Below are positions 13,747-27,265 of a DNA stretch of 64,000 nucleotides, piece after piece. Under the pieces are notes generated by a model. It did not search any database. It saw only the letters and a program-made list of their open reading frames with translations, and was not told the origin of the DNA. How positions within the stretch are numbered: the first letter of the stretch is position 1; the number at the start of each line of letters is the position of its first letter. Source of the DNA: Felis catus (lineage: Eukaryota); assembly GCF_018350175.1 (NCBI RefSeq), contig NC_058368.1, positions 220,102,001-220,166,000 on the forward strand. The letters are read 5' to 3'. The position numbers were made by a program, and so were the translations under genes.

Positions 13747-14599
13747 TTAATACTTTTTAAAACAGATTTTTAAATCTTACTTATTTTTACAAAGACTTCT
13801 GTGAGACACATAGCTTTAAATTATATAAAAAACAACAAAATGTAATAGATACATAAATCAGACATGGATCCCCTAAGCATTTTAAGTCAAAATGCTTAGA
13901 TCAAAGTGAGAATGTGGGTACCCAAAGTCAGATACTTAGCTTTTTCCTTGTGCTGTGTGGACCTTGAATTGCTTCCATGATACACAGTTTCTAAGAAAAT
14001 ATTTCTGCCTTATACATTTCTAATTAGATTACAAAGAAATTTAATTCAGCCCTCAATAAACAATACATATGTTAGTAAGATACAAAATAAAACTACCAAG
14101 CCCAAACCTAACTCATTGTTTAGCAAATAACCAGCATTATAATTATAAAGAAGAAAACCTTCATTGGACCTTCCTTCTTTTCTGGAGGAAGATATAATCA
14201 TCACTTGCCTCCAATTATTTCCACAATTTTGCATATGCAAATCCAGTGTACAAGCAAACATACCTAGGAACAGGTTTAGAAAATATTTCATGTTTTAAAA
14301 GTCTTTATTATTGTGAATATAATAGAATCTATGATTGGCTATTTTTAAATTCTTGGAATATATCTATTTTAAAATGATGAATAAATAATAATTGATAAAT
14401 TCATACTGCTAGTTGTCTCTAGTAACTGTTTTACAAAATATTTATAAGGGAGATCTTGCACTTTCTCTGCTGTAAAAGAGATGCTAACACTATCTTTTTA
14501 TAGCCTTTAGAACTTTATGATAACGAAATCACATGGTTTGAATCTTTATAGAAACTTCTCTGTCTGAGGTGATTTGTGTATGTTCTGTTTCTATATAAC

Positions 14600-14795
14600 T
14601 TTTTTCTAATGTTTATTCATTTATTTTTGATTGAGAGGGAGAGAGAAAGAACAGAGGAGTGGCAGAGAGAATCCCAAGCCATTCCAAGCTGTCAGCACAG
14701 AGCCTAGTGTGGGGCTGGAACCCTCAAACTAAGAGATCATGACCTGAGCCAAAATCCAGTTGGATGCTTAACCAACTGAGCCACCCAGGCTGCCC
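14600..14795 (-). mobile_element. Older Can-SINE
   Basis: gagagaatcccaag subfamily motif; TSD tctata(t/c)aac. Confidence 0.9.
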
Positions 14796-16079
14796 TCTAT
14801 ACAACAGTTTTAATATATCTGATATTTATATTAAATTTTGGTTTCTAACTTATCTAGAGCCAATATAAATAATTCACATTATTTCTGTATCAATTTAATT
14901 TTCATTTATACAGTTCAATATTTTAGGGAAGTTTATGCTCCTTCTCCTTTTTGTCAATTATAAATTGGGCAATTAATTTTTTCTCCTTTCTCATTACCAC
15001 GCCATTTTTTTTACCATGTTTGAATTTCATTTTCTTTCAATTTCATTTTTACATACTTGTTTTCTTATTATATTGCATTCAAGTCTATATACCTTTTCCT
15101 ATAAGTAGCCCTTATATGCTTTATTTATTGTGATCACAAAAATAATTGGCAAATATGCGCTTTTGTAGGTATTTTCTGTGTTTCAAGCTTTTTATTTACC
15201 CTATCCTCATTTCTGTTCGACCAATAAAGTTTAAAATGTTTTCACTTCTTTTATTCAAAATACTTTAAAATAGATAATAGTTTTTAGTGCTTATGCAAAA
15301 TTTATGTATATGTCATTGAGTTCTTTGAATATATTCACACTTTCTATCTTTTTTGGAACAAAATAATGATTATAGCATTATAACCCCACAGAAAAAATCA
15401 CATTCTCTGTTATTGCTTTGAAAAGGCCAGTTGTTTCAATTTATCACAAAATGGTTATTGTTTCATTTTCACTATTTAATTTAAAATATCAGTACATCTC
15501 ATTAAATTGTATTTTTATTGTGTTTCTTTCTCCCCATTCTTTCTTTTTGTTGCTTACAAAATCTTTTTTAAAATTTCAATCAGGATCTAAACTGTGAAAA
15601 ATTTTATAGTTTGTATGCTTGAAAATATTTATATTTGATTCTCTCTCTTGACTGAAACTTTAATTTACTACAGAAGCCTAATCTGATATCTATCTACTAT
15701 AAATAAAGTATTCCAGGTTCTTTGGTCCTCATTTTTACTTAAACAAAGCATTTTATTCTAATGGTGTTTGTTCATGGGTAATTTTTCCCTTCTGTCTGGT
15801 AAGTTAAGATTTGAATTTTGTCATTTAGATTCAGCAGTTTCCACACCATATTTCTGTTATAGATTTATACTTATTTTATTCATACTTCCCCATCCTTTCG
15901 ATGATATACCTTTCTTAAATAACTGATTACAGACTTTGCTTTTATATTTCCATCTCTCTGAATGTCTGCAGCTTATTTTGGGAGATTTAATCATATCTAT
16001 CTTGCTTTTTCTTTTCTTTTTTTTTTTTGGAGGTTTTTTTTTTCTTCATAAATTGAATACACCTGGGCAAGCAGCGCAG

Positions 16080-16094
16080 GTGCGCGCGCACGCG

Positions 16095-16132
<38 letters not shown>
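16080..16132. repeat. (CG)n-(CA)n alternating purine-pyrimidine tract
   Basis: gtgcgcgcgcacgcgcgcgcgcgcacaca... read directly. Confidence 0.95.
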
Positions 16133-16133
<1 letters not shown>

Positions 16134-16808
16134 TTATATATACATAGAAAACACTGGCTCCCTGAAAGCTAATTTTTGAAAATGCAAAAGAATACATTAA
16201 CTATTGGTATCAATGAGTAAATATAGCAAGGTCATATATCATTTTATAAAAGTCAACTGCATATCCTTAAAAAAAGCAATAATCTAAGATTATGTGAAAT
16301 TACTGAACAATCTAAGATAATACAAATTGGAAAAAAGTACCATATAAAATAATATCAAAACCAACAAAATATCTAGAAATAAAGTGAATTTCCATTTGGT
16401 TACTTTTGTAGATTCTCCAAAGTTCTCTATTTCTTCAACATACAAATGATAAATACTTTAAAGTTCTGTCTCACCATGCCTTTGTTTGGGTTTTCTGGTA
16501 GTCTGTTCCCATTTGCCTATTTTTTTTCTCTTGGGTTTGATTTTGGTTTTTTATCATGCTTCCCCCCACCCTCCACCCTTTGGCCAAACTTTGTGTTGTA
16601 AAACTTATAGAAGCTCTGATGGATAAAATCGTCTTGAGAAATTTAAGGCTCCCCCCTTCTTGCTAGCAATGTAAGTACTAGCAATTTACTCTTATCATTA
16701 AGAGGGTTCATTTTAGACATCTGTAAGGTTGGTGTTCTTTTTCAGTTTTGCTTTCTTCACAGTATGTGATGCTTTGAGTGGTTTACTAGAGCCAGTGTTT
16801 CTAAGTTC

Positions 16809-16853
<45 letters not shown>

Positions 16854-17004
16854 ACATGAGCCGGGGAGGGGCAGAGAGAGGAGAGTGAGAGAATCCCAAG
16901 CAGACTCTGAGCTGTCAGCACAGAGCCTGATGCAGGGCTTCAAACTGTGAGATCATGACCTAAGCTGAAGTCAGATGCTTAACTGACTAAGCCACCCAGG
17001 TGCT
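16809..17004 (-). mobile_element. Can-SINE lacking its A-tail
   Basis: (GA)n starts abruptly at 16809 with no T-run; head ends gccacccaggtgct. Confidence 0.9.
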
Positions 17005-17201
17005 ACCACAAGAGATTCTTAAGTACAGAGAATAAACTGACAGTTGATGAGACTGGGGCAAATGGGTGATGGGCCTTATCCCTCGTTGGGATAAGCACTC
17101 GGTGTTACATGTAAATGAAGAATCATTGGGTTCTACCCCAAGACTACACTGTATGTTAACTAACTTGCAAATAAAAAAATAATAAATAAATAATAAATAA
17201 A
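17005..17201 (+). mobile_element. Carnivore L1 3' UTR fragment
   Basis: accacaagagattcttaagtacagagaataaactga...aataaa plus A-tail; matches the 3' UTRs at 24210-24377 and 27985-28185. Confidence 0.85.
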
Positions 17202-17219
17202 TGGTTTAAACCTAAAATA

Positions 17220-17365
17220 AATAGTAAATATTTCAGACTTTGCAAGCTATAAAGTCTCTATGTTGCAACTACTCAACTCTTCCACTGAAGTGCAAATGCA
17301 GCCATGGACACCATGTTCATGAATAAGCATGACTGTGTTCCAATAAAACTTTATTTACAGATACA
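17220..17365. mobile_element. MER58-like hAT-Charlie relic
   Basis: ttgcaactactcaactc and ctgtgttccaataaaactttatttaca motifs. Confidence 0.75.
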
Positions 17366-18694
17366 AAAAAATTTAAAAAACCCAGAAAATAGTAAAGTGA
17401 TATTCCAAAGACATATTGAAATAAAGAAGCTATAATTTTCTGCTTCTCATATTTTCTAACCTTATTTTCTTAGTAAAATTAAAGGTAAAATAGGTCCTAA
17501 ACATAATACATTATGTAGATTTAGCATAACTAAGCACATATTTTAGTAAGCATATTAAAGAAGTTATTTTCAAACACAAAACATCAGATTTTCTATAGAG
17601 GGTTTTGGAAGTACAAGTGCCTTATATAAATTCTACACAATCCCAATAACAGAAATCCTAAGAGTAAAATGAGAATACACACGAGCACACACACACACCC
17701 TTAAAAATCTGTTATTTTGTATTATAGACAAATAGACTTAATTTTATTTTGATCTGTTTTTTCAATCAATTATTTTCATGGTTTCATATAAGATTTTTCA
17801 ATCATTTCAAATAAGCAAACAAAACTGAACCAACAAACCTACAGAAGTCAACATTTTGGTTCTTTAATTCAGTATAAGAGCTGACATATCCTTTTAAAAA
17901 TGGTCTCCCTATTTGGGTAAATAATTCATTTTGTATTCTTTATTCCACATTATTTAGGATGAATTCTCAATCACACAATGGATTTCATAAATTAGTAAAC
18001 TGTGGCATGTTTATTGTGAAAACAAGAATACCAAAACAAAATATTTGTTGTGTGTAATTGACTTTAACCTGAAAAAAGTAGAATGTGTGTTATAGTAGTC
18101 AAGATAATACCAATTGCTCCAGTCACTTTCCTTTCTTATTTTAAACATGTGGCTTCCTAAGATTGTCAAGAAAATAAACAACTGACAGATGAGAATGTGT
18201 AGGAAGGCATACCAACATATGTTAGCAACTCAGTCAAGAAATGATTCACTGACATACTGGAAAGAAGAGCTGTAGTGAGTCACCTACATGAAAGGTGGAG
18301 GGAGAGGACTGGAAAATGTTTCCTGCTCCCGGCTATAACTTCCTCCTTTGCATGTTGGCTAGCATTACTTTCTGCCAAAGTTAAAGGCCAAATCATGTCC
18401 TAGGGTAAGCATCGGGCATGGTGGAGTGAGAGTTCTGGTAATGAAAGAGTAGCAGAACATTGCAATAAAGATATGTCATGATTCAATTATCTATATTATT
18501 TAGGGTAGATGGACTATTTCAATTCGAACTTTTTACACGTTGCATTTGGACGCATTGAGAGATCAAATTGTTTCAAGGAGTTGCTATATCTCTAGAAGAT
18601 TTATTCCATAACAATATTAATAATAATTTAACATGATGAATACTTTTTAAAGCCCTAAAATAAACACTCTAATGTCATTTATTTACAGAGCTAT

Positions 18695-19180
18695 TTTCCA
18701 TAAAAAAGAAAGAAATCTTGACTTTTATGACAACACAGATGGACCTTGAGGGCATTGTGCTCAGTGAAATAAGCCAGACAGAAAGACATATAACATATGA
18801 TCTCACTTACATGTAGAATTTAAAAACAAACTAAAGCAAACTTAGAGAACAGATTGGTGGTTGCCAGAGGCAGGGGATGGGGGTTGGCAAAATGAATGAA
18901 GGAGGTCAAAAGTTACAAACTTCCAGCTATAAAATAAATAAAGTCCTGGATATATAATGGACAGCATAATTAATACTTTATTGTATATTTGAATGTTGCT
19001 TAAAGAGCTGATATTAAAACTTTTCATCATAAGAAAAAAAATTGTAACTATATGTGGTAATGGATGTTAACTGGACTTACTGTGGCAATCATTCCACAAT
19101 ATATACATAAATATTGAATAAGTATGTTGCACACTGAAACTGATATGTTTTATGTCACCTATGCCTCAATAAAAAAGATA
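18695..19180 (+). mobile_element. Old L1 3' end
   Basis: atggaccttgagggcattgtgctcagtgaaataagccagaca...tcaataaaaaa. Confidence 0.85.
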
Positions 19181-19719
19181 ATAAAAATTGTTTTTGTATT
19201 TGAGTAATGCACCCTTTAAAGAAGAAATCAAAATATACAAATTAAGATATGAAGCAATAAAGAATACAAATAACACTGGGAAAAAATAAATAAAATCAGT
19301 ATCTCAATTGTTAAATAAATAATGACATTTTCAATGAAATATATTGTAAAATAAGTTAATCCTTGTGTATGGAGTCTTAAATGTGAGACTTGATAAAGAA
19401 TGAATGCATGATAAACTATTGATTTCACTTATTTTTCACATATTTCCTCAAAATTATTCATCAATATTATTAGCATATGCACTGATAAATATTTTTTAAA
19501 TATTCACATTAAGGAAAATCATTTAGTGTGAAACATAAAATTTGACTCCCATATGTCAATATTAATTTAAATTCTCTATTGCTAGTGTCTATTAAAATTC
19601 TGTGAAGAATTTATAAAAGAAGAATAGTAAAGCAATGATTATTAGTTCCATTTTCATATGATAATCACTGTGAAAATATTATTTTGGATATATCCTTTAC
19701 TTATGTGTATATATACCTT

Positions 19720-19727
<8 letters not shown>

Positions 19728-19756
<29 letters not shown>
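19728..19756. repeat. (TG)n microsatellite
   Basis: Direct reading. Confidence 0.9.
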
Positions 19757-19759
<3 letters not shown>

Positions 19760-20519
19760 ATTTTCCTTATGAGTTAAAATAAAGGGCCCACCTTGTTCAA
19801 CTTAATTGTAGTGCAATTCATCAAGTATGAGTTTAGGGCATGAAATTCACAAGGACTTAGAGTTTGAGAAATATTTCTGAAAATTCTGTTCCAGGATAGA
19901 GATTCAAGTACTAAATCCAACTGTTCAGGAAAGGAATAGAGTGGACTCTGGAGATACTCTATTCACAGTGAAAACCTAAGAATGCTCTGTACCCTGGAGG
20001 TAGCATATCTTAAGATAAGTCAATTATAAATTATGAAACTTGATTCAGTTCCTTTCTTTGAAATTAAGTAGTCATATCAACTGATTAAATGATTTAATGA
20101 AATGTGGAACCTGGAGATGGCATTTTTACTGCCTACAATGCAGAAATAAACTCAGTGAATTGCTTTGGAAATCTTTAATATGGATATAAATCCAAGAATT
20201 ATATGTGCAAGAGATAAATCCTCTCATCTTTTCCCCATGGACACTTTTAATACATGTGTTATCTTTTTTTCATCTTATACAAAACTGCTTCAATTTTTAT
20301 GCATTCTATAATACACTGAACAATGTGGGGAAATGATTTTTTAATATCTCAACAGCAAGTTCCAGTGACAATGGGTTTGTTATTTTAACATGGACTGCAG
20401 CTGTTTCTTCTTCTTTCTTTTTTAACTGAAACAAACACCTTTATTATTCACAGATAATTTCAAATTTTGGAAGTCACTGTGAGAGAACCTATGAAAAATT
20501 ACTATATATAATTTATCAG

Positions 20520-20700
20520 AAGGGAAGGTGGGCAGAGATGGGCTAAATGGGTGGTGGGTATTAAGGAGGGCACTTATGATGAGCACTGGGTGTTCTGTAT
20601 AAGTGATGAATCACTAAATTCTACTCCCAAAACTAATATTATACTATATGTTAACTAACTGGAATTTACCTAAAAACTTGAAATAAAACAAAACCAAAAG
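20520..20700 (+). mobile_element. Carnivore L1 3' UTR fragment
   Basis: gatgagcactgggtgttctgtataagtgatgaatcactaaattctactc. Confidence 0.85.
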
Positions 20701-20784
20701 TAAAGAAATAACATACCTATTTGCTTTGGTACTTCAGAAGAATAAGAAAAAATAATAGAGTTAACTAATAATACTACAGAGCCC

Positions 20785-20965
20785 TGCTGTCCTACAGATA
20801 CAGTGGCTATGAGCCACATGAGACTGTATGAGTTTAATTGACTTACACTTAAATTAAAAAAAATAACTTTTACAGTCACACTGGCCACATTCCATGCACT
20901 CAGTAGCCACATGGGTCTAACAAATATGGTAGACGACAGGGCAGATATAGAATATCTCAGGACAG
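20785..20965. mobile_element. MER3/MER33-like DNA transposon relic
   Basis: ctggccacattccatgcactcagtagccacatg motif. Confidence 0.65.
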
Positions 20966-22874
20966 TTCTTTCTACTGAAATAAAGCCTTAATAAGATTTC
21001 AAATCAGTATGATATTTTTAATATTGAGTTCATTAACATAGTTCTTGAAGTTTCTGAAATACAAAAATCTGTAATCATAATGAAAATGAGGTGAATTAAA
21101 GCAAAGATTCAAGGATTAGATGTTGCTTTTTAAAATTATCTGTACAATATATACAAATTTAGTCAATATTCTTTTTCCGTTTAGAATTTTACTGATTAAA
21201 ATTACATTCGCATTTTTATTTGCAATAGTTTTATATACAAGATAATTCAGTTAGAATCACCTCACTCTAATCAAATTTCAGGTTAGTTGCCTCTCACACA
21301 GTGGATAGCAGTCCTTGCCTTCCAAAGGGTAAAAGTCCATCTGGCATGAGTAGTTACTTTTGAAAGTCTGATTGGAAATTATAGGTCTAGGTTAGGAAAA
21401 TTAAATTTGCTTCTTATTTGTTATGATTATTGAGTATCAATATAGACTACAATTATTCTATGAATTTTTAATACTGATTCAGAAAATGCAGAAATACAGA
21501 ATACTAAACATGAGTCTAATGTCTTTGAGTATCTTCCCAATGAATAAAACTATTAGGCGTTAGCCCTTGTAATTAAAATTCAGAAATTTGGCATTGTATA
21601 CAAAATTCATACTATTTTATTTTAAAATTCCATTTGTTATTTAGTTCTTTAACTTGGTGACATATACTCAACCCTTCAGATCTTACACTATTCAATAGAA
21701 GATTTTAAACATAGTGTAAAGCATGTGCATTGGTCAGTTTAATAACTCAGGGAAAATCTGAAAAGCTGATTTAGAAGATTATAAAGATCTTTATAATTCA
21801 TTCTCAATATGAGACAGCGATTCTTCTTTCAGGTAAGTGGGTGCAGTCAGAAATTTTGAACTGGGGATAGCTTAAGTAGTCTTTACTTCCTTGTAATGGA
21901 ATCGTAAATCTGCTAACAACATTCTATAATATTGATTAATTCACTGTGAGCTTCCAATCAAATGAAAGGATGGAGTGTTTCAGGAAACCTTACAATTTTT
22001 ACTTATTAACATTTCCATTTTTGTTTAATTCATGCTGAAAATCTCACTGTTTCACCAGGAGATCAAAGTAAATTGCTACAGAATTCAATCTGAGAGTCTG
22101 TGAAGCAATTAAACACTAAAACAGACAAGCAGTAGGGGACTCTACTGCTCAGAAGAATAAATTAGGAAAGATGTTAACACAGTTAACTTAAAAAGAAATT
22201 TTAACGGCTAGGCTCAGATGGAGAGTTTGTGGAGTCCAACAAAACCTCAGAATGAGTGTATTCTAGAATTGTACTTAAAATTTAATTAGACCTCAAATAG
22301 AATATTATGAACACATGCTCTATTTAAGTGGAATCTTGGTAATTTTTGATTATATAATCTCTCTTGTGGCATAACACAATCCAGATTAGATGCATAATAA
22401 AAGCTGTACATGTTTTATATGTAGTTTAAAAGACTCAAATTTTAAATGTGAGGCAATGTATTAAGCAAGTGTGCATGTGTATTTCCTTATAGCTTTTTTT
22501 TTTTAATTTAGCAAACATGTACTGGATGTTTACCATATAGCTGCATCTAATCTAGGAAAACAAAAGACAGAATCCCTGGTTATTGTCATTGATTAGAATA
22601 TAGTCCTTTTGGGGAGACAGTCATTCATAGAGAAGGATTGTGGGGCAAATATAATCTAAAAATGAAGATAATTTTCCTAAAACATTGATGAAACTACTAA
22701 TAATCAGTTTTAACTAAGTATTGCCTTTACCCATTAGCTTTATATTTGCAAATGGCTCCTCCAGTTATCCAGCCTAAATTCTATGGCTCAGCCTAGACCT
22801 CACACATGAAGTCTTATAACTCAACCTCAAGTTTCCAGCCTTTCCCCCAACAAAATTATTTCAAATTGTCATGG

Positions 22875-24377
22875 ATTTTAGCCACTCTGACTGGCGTGAG
22901 GTGGTATCTCAGTGTGGTTTGGATTTGTATTTCCCTGACGAGGAGTGACGTTGGGCATCTTTTCATGTGCCTGTTGGCCATCTGGATGTCTTCTTTAGAA
23001 AAGTGTCTATTCATGTCTTCTGCCCATTTCTTCACTGGATTATTTGTTTTTCAGCTGTGGAGTTTGGTGAGTTCTTTATAGATATTGGATACTAGCCCTT
23101 TATCCGATATGTCATTTGCAAATATCTTTTCCCATTCCGTCAGTTGCCTTTTAGTTTTGTTGATTGTTTCCTCTGCAGTGCAGAAGCTTTTTATCTTGAG
23201 GAAGTCCCAATAGTTCATTTTTGCTTTTAAAAAATGTGTGAATATGTGTCAAGTAAGAAATTGCTGTGGCTGAGGTCAGAGAGGTTTTCTCCTGCTTTCT
23301 CCTCTAGGGTTTTGATGATTTCCTGTCTCACATTCAGGTCCTTTATCCATTTTGAGTTTATTTTTGTGAAGGGTGTAAGAAAGTGGTCTAGTTTCATTCT
23401 TACGCATGTTGCTGTCCAGTTCTTCCAGCACCATTTGTTAAAGACACTGTCTTTTTTTACATTGGATATTCCTTCCTGCTTTGTCAAAGATTAGTTGGCC
23501 ATACATTTGTGGGTCCAATTCTGGAGTCTCTATTCTATTCCATTGGTCTCTGTGTCTGTTTTTGTGCCAATACCGTACTGTCTTAATGATTATAGCTTTG
23601 TGGTAGAGGCTACCGGGACTGTGATGCCTCCCACTTTGGTTTTCTTCTTCAATATTACTTCAGCTATTTGGGGTCTTTGTAGTGAACAAATCAGGAGACT
23701 ATAGATGCTGGCAGGATGTGAAGAAACAGGAACCCTCTTGCACTGTTGGTGGGAACGTAAACTGGTGCAGCCACTCTGGAAACAGTGTGGAGGTTCCTCA
23801 AAAAATTAAAAATAGATCTACCCTATGACCCAGAAATAGCACTGCCAGGAATTTACCCAAGGGATAAGAAGTGCTGATGCACAGGGGCACTTGTACCCCA
23901 ATGTTTATAGCAGCACTCTCAACAATAGCCAAATTATGGAAAGAGCCTAAATGTCCATCAACTGACGAATGGATAAAGAAGATGTGGTTAATGTATACAA
24001 TGGAATACTACTTGGCAATGAGAAAGAATGAAATCTGGCCATTTTTAGCAATGTGGATGGAACTGGAGAGTGTTATGCTAACTGAAATAAGTCAGGCAGA
24101 GAAGGACAGATAGCGTATATTTTCACTCATATGTGGATCCTGAGAAACTTAACAGAAGACCAGGGGGGAGGGGAATGGGGGAAAAAAGTTACAGAGAGGG
24201 AAGGAGGCATACCATAAGAGACTCTTAAATACTGAGAACAAACTGAGGGTTGATGGGGGTGGGGGAGAGGGGAAAGTGGGTGATGGGCTTTAAGGAGGGC
24301 ACCTGTTGGGATGAGCACTGGGTGTTGTATGGAAACCAATTTGACAATAAATTATATTTGAAAAAGAAAGAAAAAAA
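22875..24377 (+). mobile_element. Felid L1 with 5' inversion (22875-23682 inverted; 23683-24377 sense, ending in AATAAA and A-tail)
   Basis: Minus-strand ORF2 motifs ([22 protein letters not shown]) are followed by plus-strand motifs (MFIAALSTIAKLWKEPKCPSTDEWIKKMW). AATAAA at 24346. Confidence 0.95.
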
Positions 24378-24629
24378 GGGTCATGTATTATAAAAATATC
24401 TTTCTAAAACGATTCACTTAAGAAACACTTAAAGGGATTCCTATAGGTTTATAAGACCACTGCTAAAACTTGACCAGTCACCAGAATCATATGAGGTTTT
24501 GAAAAATACATCTATATCCAGACTCAGAACAATAGGATTGAAATCTCAGAGAAGGATCTTTACAATAAACAAGTACTGTATTCGAGGTATGATTTCCTAG
24601 TTGTGAAAAGCATTGGTTAATTCCAGTTG

Positions 24630-24665
24630 GTGCCCAGTCAAAAAGCCACAGAAGTTAGAAAGAAA

Positions 24666-24710
<45 letters not shown>

Positions 24711-25410
24711 AAAGAAAAGAAAAGAAAATTTAATGTAAGACATTATTAACTAAATGGAAGATTCTTAATCTAGACAACTGAAAGGTAAGAGAATTTTAAG
24801 GGATCATTGAAGTATAAACTGCAAGCAGCATCTGCTTAAGCGCTGAGGAAATAAACTAAAGTAGTTGTAAGAATTCAAACTTAGAAATTTCTAAAAGCCC
24901 CGCCCCCCCCCCCCCCCCCCCGAGCTGAAACTCAGAGCTCAGAAGTGGAGGTGATACCCTGGCTGGAGCTATTATCTCTGAGTTCAGAACCCCCCCTTCC
25001 TCCCCCCAGTCCAGAGTTGACACTCACACCTTTGAGGAGGGGCACCAGCTGGCTGGTGTGTATGTCTCTGAGGCTGAACACAGTGAGGCTGGCTGTGCAC
25101 ACTAGAAAAACTGGACTTGACTCATCAACTGTTACAAAAAGGAATTGCTGCCCCTGAGATAAAGAAGCACTGCTGGACAGCTGCCCATTGAATGAGGAAG
25201 CCTACAAGGAATCCCTAAGAAGTACACAGAAGTAATTCTCATGTTTCTTTTACACCCTTACAGTCTCTGTCTCGTACTTCCTGTTGGCATTGCCTTGCAT
25301 AAACCCAGCTGGAAAAGAAGAAATGTGGTTATCAGAATCCTAGCAAACCAAAAGAGAATATAGAATGGTGAGTTTGGAGCGGAGAAACAATTGCTTAATA
25401 CCTGGAGCAT
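24630..25410 (-). mobile_element. Old ERVL-class LTR (LTR41/LTR33-like) containing (GAAA)n and a poly-C tract
   Basis: The right end reverse-complements to tgctccaggtattaagcaattgtttctccgctccaaactcaccattcta, which resembles ERVL LTR 5' ends. Family uncertain. Confidence 0.45.
24658..24728. repeat. (GAAA)n/(GAAAA)n microsatellite
   Basis: Direct reading. Confidence 0.95.
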
Positions 25411-27265
25411 CAAGCCAACTGATGAAACAAAAAGATGCATTAGAATCACGACAGCCTGCATAATTTGCACATGATCTGTCTTTAAAACGCAGGTCTTCTC
25501 AAACTTCCATCTGTATATAATCTCTCCTAAATGATTTAACTATTTAAACATGTAATTAAATATAAATGACCTTTTCAAACCATACTATATTTGTCCTCTT
25601 TGCTTTACCTACCTACCTGTCCAGTTTCAACTCTCCATAAAGGCCATTTTTACACATATTTTGCAACAGCATTAAAATTTATAAATACATATAAAATATA
25701 ATCTACAATATATGTGCATATAAACATATGTGCACATACATATGAAAATAAAGAAATATATGTACGTACATACCATATATTTGTGTAATATTTTGTGCTC
25801 TTAATATTTTGTATAGCTTATTCTGTTGCAAGATTACAACCTTTCTGCCTACCTCACCTCCATTAAGCTATAACATCCTTGAGAATGAGTCATGTTGTCT
25901 CTCATTTCCAGGCCTAGCAAACTGCCTGGCATGTGGCAAGTAATGAAATTACTTTTTTTAATGAAAGAATCAATTAATATATCTAAAAGAAGCCTACATT
26001 GAAGAATTTAGATAATTAAATAGGTCTCTCAAAAATGACAAGTATTTCCCTGGTAGTATTTCTGTAGGAAGAATGCCAAGAGCAAAGGCAGTCATAAATA
26101 GACAGACTCAATCAAAGGTAGACAGATTAGGTGCAAAATACCTTACACAAAATCTGTTTTTAATCATTAGCACAACTCTATGTAAAAAGTCAATTTAACT
26201 GTGAAGAAGAATAAAAAGCCATGATAACAAAAATAACAACAAAAAAGCATTTCTTTAATTTGTGAATTACAATGATAGAAAAATGTATTCATTCATAATG
26301 AAATTTTTATACATTTTTGTCATTAATCTCTACTAATCCTTACAGAATATGTTGAATGTGCAAGACAGGATATGAAATGTAGAAAATATGGTTGCATTCA
26401 ACATGAAAAGGAAAAGTAATTCTGTATGTAATGAATCTTTCTGTTTAAGCTGAGCTGTGAGTAAGTATTTTTTTTATGGAGATTGTAGTTAATGTAACTT
26501 TATTAATAAAATTCCCAAATGTGTAAAAACAGGACAGGAAACACCTCCCACTTTCATGCCCTGGAAATATTTTTTTAATCTAACAATTATACTACTATAA
26601 TTTTTCAGTATATATATATTTTTTTCAGTATATATATTTTAGTATATATATATATATTTTTTGCAAAACTTATTTCAATGTAAACATTACAATAACCTTA
26701 TGTGTACTTGTTAGAGATTTTTATTTCCAGAATTCTACAGCACTGAGTAGTTAAGAAATTTGCCAGAGCAACAAATTACTTAAAGTGGGAAAACACATAT
26801 TTTTAAACCCTTTCATTAAACACTCTTTGTTGAACTTTAAAGGAAAGTATCTTGTTTTAAACAGAAAGCCTGGCTCTACATAGTTCTTTAGGACAATGAA
26901 ACTGTGTGTCAGTACAAATGGCAACAAAATGAGAATTCATGGTGAGAAAATGATTCCTTTTTCTCTCTTTCTGTCTCTTCTCTTTCTGTCCTCAAAGACA
27001 TATGCACAGTAATACTGAAATGAAACTTGTTATGAAAACACTGAAAGGGATCCAGAAATGTATTCCCATTAGAATCTAATTCAAGCATGAAACTCAAGAA
27101 GACCTGTATTTTCAGATCCTCAGAAATCTTGCCATTCTCTAAAATGAAATGACATGTTGGAAATCATCAAATTTTTAAAAACCACTTGAATTGTTGCTCT
27201 TAGTAAATCACACTTAGGAATGCTTAAGATTCCTTTGGATAAATGTTGCTCTACTAAAGTGTGAT

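Noticed and set aside
26600..26660. Short tandem tttttcagtatatatat units (similar small duplications at ~1366 and ~6449)
   Set aside because: Ordinary slippage duplications; no spacer-array structure.
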